This document shows positions 57,706-64,000 of a stretch of 64,000 nt of DNA, in pieces; position 1 is the first letter of the stretch, and each line of letters starts with the position of its first letter. The translations under genes and the position numbers were made by a program. This DNA comes from Pelagomonas calceolata (taxonomy: Eukaryota): positions 3,100,001-3,164,000 of the forward strand of contig CAKKNE010000003.1 of assembly GCA_918797485.1 (NCBI GenBank). The letters are read 5' to 3'. The notes below the pieces were generated by a model that saw only the letters and a program-made list of their open reading frames with translations, had not been told where the DNA came from and did no database searches.

Positions 57706-58623
57706 TTAGGTCTCGGCCGCGTACCGCGCCGCCTCGGCGTTGTATTCCGTGAAGCCGACGACGTCGCAGAGCTCCCCGAACGGGAGGAGGAGGTCCTCGG
57801 TCGACGCGCCCCGGTCGAGCCGCGCGAGCGCCTCCAGGGACGTCCTCGTGCTGGCCGACAGGAGCGTGAGGGGGTAGGCGGCGATCGTGTAGCCCATGGC
57901 CTCGAGGTCCGCCGGCGGCAGCACCGGCGTCAGGCCCCCCTCGAGCATGTTCGCCAGCTTCCAGCCGTCCACCTCCCGGCAGTACGTCTCCATCTGCGCG
58001 ACCGACGTGGGCGCCTCGAGGAACGTGACGTCCGCGCCGACCTCCCGGAACCGCCGGCACCGGTCCAGGGCCTCGTCGAAGCCCAGGCAGGCGTTCGCGT
58101 CCGTCCGCGCGATGACCACGAGCCCGCCGCCGTGCTCGTCGCGCGCGTCGCAGGCGGCCCGCACGCGCGCGACGGCCTCGTCCCGCGGCACGACGGCCTT
58201 GACGCCCGTGTGGCCGCAGCGCTTCGGCGAGACCTGGTCCTCGATCATCACGCCCGCGGCGCCGACCTGCGCGTAGCCGCGCACCGTGCGCTTGCAGTTC
58301 ACGGCGTTGCCGTAGCCCGTGTCGCCGTCGGCGAAGAAGGGGATCGCTTTGAGGGCCGAGGCGATCATGCGCGCCGAGTCCTGCATCTCGCCGAAGCTCA
58401 GGAGTCCCGCGTCCGCGTAGCCGCGCGCCGCGGCCACGCCGAAGCCGGTCATGAACGTGAGCTCGAAGCCCGCGCGCTCGACCAGTCGCGCCGTGACGCC
58501 GTCGTAGCAGCAGGGCATGACGCTGATCTGGGGCTTTTGGAGCACCGCGCGCAGCCGGGCGGGCATCGAGGCGTCGAGCGCCGCCGCCGTGGCTGCTCCG
58601 AGGAGGCACAAGCGGTTCCGCAT
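57706..58623 (-). CDS. isocitrate lyase/PEP-mutase superfamily enzyme (methylisocitrate-lyase-like)
   Basis: 'DGDTGYGN', 'IEDQVSPKRCGH', 'IARTDA', 'ANMLEGG'. Confidence 0.9.
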   Translation of the reverse strand: MRNRLCLLGAATAAALDASMPARLRAVLQKPQISVMPCCYDGVTARLVERAGFELTFMTGFGVAAARGYADAGLLSFGEMQDSARMIASALKAIPFFADGDTGYGNAVNCKRTVRGYAQVGAAGVMIEDQVSPKRCGHTGVKAVVPRDEAVARVRAACDARDEHGGGLVVIARTDANACLGFDEALDRCRRFREVGADVTFLEAPTSVAQMETYCREVDGWKLANMLEGGLTPVLPPADLEAMGYTIAAYPLTLLSASTRTSLEALARLDRGASTEDLLLPFGELCDVVGFTEYNAEAARYAAET

Positions 58624-58747
58624 TCGCTGGACAAGTTGATGGTTGTGGTAGTCAGAGCTGCAGCTAGCGGCAGTAAGACACTAGCAAGCTCGGCCCGGGT
58701 AGAGCGCCTGACGCAGCGCGGACAGCACCGCGCCTAAGAACGCCTAC

Positions 58748-61700
58748 ATGAGCGCTGCGTCGGTCCGCCTCAGCGTGGACGGGATGACCTGCCTCCACTG
58801 CGTTGGCACGGTACAAAAGGCCTTGGAGGGCGTCGGCGGCGTGCGACGCGCCGAGGTGGATCTGGCGAGCGGCGTCGCGCGCGTCGACGCGGACGCGGAC
58901 GCGCCGCTCTCGGCGCTCGTCGCCGCCGTCGAGGCCGTCGGCTTCGGCGCCGCGGCCGCGTCTCCCGAGACGGCGACGACGACGCTCGCGGTCCGCGGCA
59001 TGACGTGCGCGCGGTGCGAGGCCTGGGTCGCCGACGCGCTCCGGGCCGTGCCCGGCGTGGCCAAGGTCGCGGTCTCCGTCGCGGACGGCGCCGCGCGCGT
59101 CGAGGCCGCGTCCGTCTCGCGCGCGGCGCTCGAGGACGCCGTGCGCCGCGCGGGCTACGCGTGCGGCGCGGACGCGGATCCGCCGGCGGAGCCGTCCCTC
59201 GAGACGCCGCTCCTGCCGCCGCCGCCCCCGACGTCCCCGACGGCCCCCACGCCCGACGCCGTCGCGCTGCGCCTGGCCGTCGACGGCATGACGTGCGGCG
59301 CGTGCGCGGCGGCCGTGACGCGCGCGCTGCGCGGCGCGCACCCGGCCGTCGCCGCCGCCGCCGCGAACTGCGTCACGGACGAGGCGACGGTGCGCTGCCC
59401 CGCGGGCGACGTGGACGCCGTCGTCCGGGCCTGCGAGGCGGCGGTGGCCCGGGCCGGCTACGCCGTGAGCCGCGTCCACCGGGCGACGGGCGACGGCGAC
59501 GCGGCGCGGCCGGACCGCGCCGAGGCCGTGTTCGTGGTGGGGGGCCTGGTGTGCGCGGCGTGCCCGCCGCGCATCGTGCGCGCCCTGGGGCTGACGGCGG
59601 GGGTACTGGAGGTGGCGGTCGAGGTGCTGCTGGAGCGCGTCCGCGTCGCGTACGACCCGGCGCGCCTGGGCGCGCAGGACATCGCGCGCAAGCTGCGCAA
59701 GCTCGGCTACGAGGCCGAGGTCGAGGGCGCGGCGAGCGCGAGCGACCGCGCGCTGGCCGGGGAGAAGGCGCGGCGGCTGGCGCGCGAGGCCGAGGTCAGG
59801 CGCTACGGGCGCGAGGCGCTGCTCGCGCTCGTGCTCGCGCTGCCCATCTTCGTCGTCGTGATGCTCCTCAAGCCGTACGGGCCGCGCGGCGTCGTCCTGG
59901 CGCTCGAGGCGAACGTGCTCGGCTCGAGGCGGCGGTACCTCGCGGCCGAGGCGCTCGGGTCGCTGCTCCTGGCGACGCCGATCCAGTTCTGGCTCGGGGC
60001 GCGGTTCTACGCGGGCGCGGTCAAGGCGCTGCGGCGGGGCTCGGCGACGATGGACACGCTCGTGGCGCTGGGCACGTCGGCGGCGTACGGGTACTCGTGC
60101 TACGCCCTGGGCGCGGCGTCGCACAACCGGCCCTGCTGCCGGAGCCACCGCACGTGCGCGATGGACGGGCACTGCTTCCACGGCCACCACTACTTCGAGA
60201 CGTCCGCGCTGCTGATCGCCTTCGTCCTGCTGGGCAAGTACCTCGAGGCGCGCGCCAAGGGCAAGACGAGCCGCGCGCTCCGGGCCCTGCTCGAGCTCCA
60301 GCCCGCGCGCGCGGTGGTGCTCTGCGACGACCAGGCGGAGACGGTCGACGCGGCGGCGCTCCGGCGCGGCGACGTGTGCCTCGTGGCGCCCGGCCTCGCG
60401 GTGCCCGCCGACGGCGTCGTCGTGCGCGGCGCGTCGACGGTCGACGAGTCGATGCTGACGGGCGAGGCGCGGCCCGTCCCCAAGAGCGCGGACCCGGAGC
60501 GAAACGCGGTCTACGGGGGCACCGTGAACCTGGGCCCGGGCGCGCTGCGCGTGCAGGTGGTGGCCGTGGGCGCCGGCCCGCGTGGAAATCAACCAGCGTG
60601 TCGAGCGCGTTGATACGCGGCCGTGCTGGCTCCGTCGAGCGGTGGGAACCGGCACCGCCACGCCATCGAGCAGGCGTCGCGTCGATGGCGTCGAGGCAAT
60701 GATTCGGCAGTGGCGACGACGCGCCGCGACAATTTGATTTCCACGCAGGCGACGACGCCGTGCTCAGCCGCATCGTGCGCCTCATCGAGGCGGCCCAGGG
60801 GTCCAAGACGCGCGTCGAGGCCCTCGCGGACGTCGTCGCGCGCTACTTCGTGCTCGGCGTCGTGGTCGTCGCGTGCGTCGCCGTGATCGTGTGGACGGCG
60901 CTCGCGGCGACGCGCGCGATCCCGCGGAGCTGGTACGAGCGCGAGGGGCCGGCGCTGTTCGGGCTCCTGTTCGGCGTGGCGGTGCTGGTCGTGGCGTGCC
61001 CCTGCGCGCTCGGGCTGGCGACGCCGACGGCGGTCATGGTCGGGACGGGCGTCGGCGCGAGGCTCGGGGTCCTGATCAAGGGCGGCCGGCCCCTCGAGGT
61101 CGCGCGCGGCGTGACCTGCGTCGTCTTCGACAAGACGGGGACGCTCACGCGGGGGCGGCCCCAGGTCGTGCGCACGGAGCTCGTCGCGGAGGACGCCGCG
61201 GCGCTGCTGGGGTGCGCCGCGGACGACGTCGCGGACGCGGTGCGCGACGCCGTCGCGGCGGCCGAGGCGAACTCGGCGCACCCGCTGGCGCGCGCGCTCG
61301 TCGACCAGGTCGACGCGAAGCGCTTCGCGTGCGAGGCCTTCGCGTCGCTGGACGGCCGGGGCGTCTCGGCGTCGCTGCGCGCCGCGGACGGGAGGGAAGT
61401 CGTGCTCCACGTGGGCACGCGCGAGTTGCTCCGGGACTGCGGGGCCCGGGCCCTGGCGCCCGCGGTCGAGGAGCGCGCGCGGAAGTGGGAGGCCGGCGGC
61501 GCGACCGTGGTCTTCGTCCACGCCGGCGCGTCGCGCCGGGTCGGCGCCGAGGCCGGGAACGGGGCGGCGCCGGGCGGCGGCGCGACGGTGGCGTTCGTCG
61601 CGATCGAGGACCGGGTCCGGGGCGACGCCGCGGCGGCGATCCGCGGGCTCCGCGCGCGCGGGGTCGACGTCTACATGCTGACGGGCGACACGGAGCGGTG

Positions 61701-62229
61701 CGCGGCGGCGGTGGCCAAGAAGTGCGGCATCCCGGACGCGTTCGCGCGCGTGCGGCCCGACGGCAAGGCCGCCGTCGTGGCGCGGCTGCAGGGCGAGGGC
61801 CGCGTCGTCATGATGGTCGGCGACGGCGTGAACGACGGGCCGGCACTCGCCCAGGCGGACGTGGGCGTCGCCATGGGCTGCGGCACGAGCCTGGCCGTCG
61901 AGGCCGCGGACGTCGTCCTCGTGCGGAACGCGCTGGCCGACGTCGACGCGGCGATCCAGATCTCGCGCGCGACCTTCGCGCGGATCCGCTCGAACCTCTT
62001 CTTCTCGCTCGTGTTCAACGGGCTCGGCGTGCCGATCGCCGCCGGTGCGCTCTTCCCGGTCCTCCGCGTGCGGCTGCCGCCCGAGGTCGCCGCGCTGGCC
62101 ATGGCGCTTAGCTCGTTCTGCGTCGTCGCGTCGTCCCTCTCCCTCAACACGTTCCGGCCCGCGCCCGGCGGCGGCGCCGCGGAGACCGGAGCGCCCGCGG
62201 CCGAGCCGCGCGTCGTCGTCGGGGCCTGA
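58748..62229 (+). CDS. copper-transporting P1B-type ATPase; two exons (58748-60569, 60749-62229)
   Basis: Four HMA domains (GMTCLHC, GMTCARC, GMTCGAC, GLVCAAC), TGE, CPCALGLATP, DKTGT, HP, GDGVND, MALSS. A GC-AG intron 60570-60748 restores 'VAVG/DDAVLSRIVRLIEAAQ'. Confidence 0.93.
60578..60748. mobile_element. introner element, 171 bp
   Basis: TIRs CCGCGTGGAAATCAA / TTGATTTCCACGCAG (14/15); TSD GCGCCGGC / GCGACGAC (6/8). Confidence 0.9.
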
Positions 62230-62545
62230 GGTCCTTGTGTACATAGTCATTTGTGTTTCTTTGGCACCACGTGAGATGGCGCGTTCTTCTTCTTCCTGGT
62301 ACTAATATAGAAGTAATAACAACAACGATTCACTTATCCAACTTGAAAACGCACTTCTCGAACGCCCGCCGCGCGGCGGCCGCCACGACTAGCGACACGC
62401 CCATGCCGACGATCTTCGCCCGGAGCACCTTTCCGTCGGTCGGAGCGCGGGCGGCGGCGGGTCGATCGCTTGCGAAGTCTCTCATCACGATACTAGTACT
62501 ACTACTAGTAGTCTAGATAGTACGAGGCCTTACACAACGTTTTCG

Positions 62546-63778
62546 TCAAGACTGAGCGCAGCCGAGGCAGCCGCCGGCGCAGGGCCGATGATGGGCCCGG
62601 TCCGCGGAGCCGGCGGGCGGCGGCGGCGGCGGGGCGGCGGCGTCGATCGGCGGGCGCCGGACGGCCGGCGCGGCCTCGACGACGTTCGCGCGCCCCCCGA
62701 CCGAAAACAGGGGCGGCGCGCCGCGTCTGACGTACTTGCCCTGGATCCAGCGCCGTTCCATCGTGACCTTTTGCTTGCGGTTCGTGATGTCGCGCTCGAC
62801 GAAGCCGACGGCGAGCGCCTCGAAGTCCGCGTCGAACAGCGCGTCGAAGTCCGCCCGCGAGAAGTAGCGCGCGAGCGTGCCCTCGCCCCTCACGAAGCCG
62901 TCCTCCTCCGCCGTCCTCCGGTTCGGCTTCGCCTCCAGGCGCTTCTGCGCGAGGTCGCCCGCCGCGTAGTCGCGCACGAAGAGCAGGCCGCCGGGCCGCA
63001 GCAGCCGCGCGCACCGCGCGACGCACCGCGCCGCCGGCGCCCTCTCGAGCGCCGACAGCGCGAAGATGAGCGTGATCGCGTGGAGCCCGCCGATGCCTGC
63101 GTGGAAATCATGGACCTTCGCGGACCTCCACGCCATTGAGCCGACGCAGTCACGGCGACGACGTCGCGTCCATGGTCTGAAAACTCACGCCATCGAGCGT
63201 GGGGCGCCCGAAATTAGATTTCCTCACAGGCCGAGACCGGACGCGAGCGCCTCGCACGCCGCCCAGGCCGCGTCGCCCTCCGCGGCGCCGGCGTCCGCCA
63301 CCCAGGCGTGGCAGCGGCGCGCCCGCGACCGGAGCTGCGCCGCGTACTCGGGCCTCTCCCTCAGGATGCCGATCGCCTCCGCGCTGAAGTCCGCGCACAG
63401 CAGGAACAGGTCCGGGTTCGCCCGCAGCAGCGGGAAGGCCGCCGCGCCGCAGCCGCAGCCCGCCTCGAGGCCCACGACGCCGCAGCCCGCGAGCTCGCGC
63501 GCGGCCGGGAACGCGTCGCTCCGGTCGACCGCCTCGCCGTCGCTCTCGAGCGGCGCCTGGTGGCGGAGCGGGTCCGCCCGCACGGCGGCCGGCATCAGCT
63601 CGGGCAGCTCGCGCCGCAGCCAGTGCCGGTCCTTGTAGAAGCGGCCACCCCGCCGCGCGTAGAAGTCGTCCCAGTGCACGTCGAGGGGCGCGTCGCGCGG
63701 GACCTTGGGCCGCTTCGGCTTGCGCGGCTGGCGGCCCCGCGCGGGCGGGTCGCCCGGGCGGCGCGGCGTGCGAGGCAT
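62546..63778 (-). CDS. METTL2/METTL6 (Trm140)-like tRNA m3C methyltransferase; two exons (63778-63238, 63096-62546)
   Basis: 'HWDDFY..FYKDRHWLRRELPEL', 'LEAGCGCG..FPLL', 'DFSAEAI', 'LIFALSA', 'LRPGG..RDYA.GDLAQ', 'MERRWIQGK'. A GT-AG intron 63237-63097 joins the two ORFs. Confidence 0.9.
63097..63229. mobile_element. introner element, 133 bp internally deleted copy
   Basis: Ends CTGCGTGGAAATCA / AGATTTCCTCACAG; TSD GCCGATGC / GCCGAGAC (6/8); body collinear with the 52001 element. Confidence 0.88.
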
Positions 63779-64000
63779 CAGTGGCAGTGCTTGGCTTGCA
63801 GTGGCCGCACCGAGCTTTTTTAGCAAGCTGACGCGGGCACACGAGCTGTGGTTTGGCGGAGGTTTTATAAGAGGGATCCTTGCGCTCGTGCGCGCTGCTT
63901 GATTGTTGCAGGGGCAGTGTTTACGCCAGTCGTACCGACTAGCTCCCCCGGACCCGGCACACCTATTAAATAAGCCGACAACCCGCGACCTGGGAGGCTC

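Noticed and set aside
60570..60748. Cu-ATPase as a frameshifted pseudogene or two separate genes
   Set aside because: An introner-derived GC-AG intron restores a complete protein.
52467..62229. Metabolic gene cluster (GMC, SDR, GalE, lyase, Cu pump)
   Set aside because: Alternating strands and unrelated functions fit an ordinary compact algal genome.

Overview
Very GC-rich, gene-dense, almost intron-free eukaryotic nuclear DNA. Bipartite plastid/thylakoid-targeted proteins, the gene families present and the introner elements point to a pelagophyte (Aureococcus/Pelagomonas-like) stramenopile alga; this is an inference. About 37 coding regions are supportable, including midasin, MRE11, NDUFS4, RPB9, MVD, GalE, a PKD2-type channel, a Cu P1B-ATPase and a METTL2/6-like methyltransferase. 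The main non-gene structures are: (1) four related 133-203 bp non-autonomous DNA transposons with ~15 bp TIRs (CTGYGTGGAAATCAA...TTGATTTCCACRCAG) and 8-bp target duplications, each interrupting a gene and removable as a precise intron (3' AG from the TIR, 5' GT/GC/GA from the TSD), i.e. introners of different apparent ages; (2) a ~22-bp CTAG-bounded motif in 12 intergenic copies, 11 of which point at a start codon 64-353 bp away; (3) a dispersed SINE-like repeat family with target-site duplications. All calls are from reading the sequence by eye; no searches were run.
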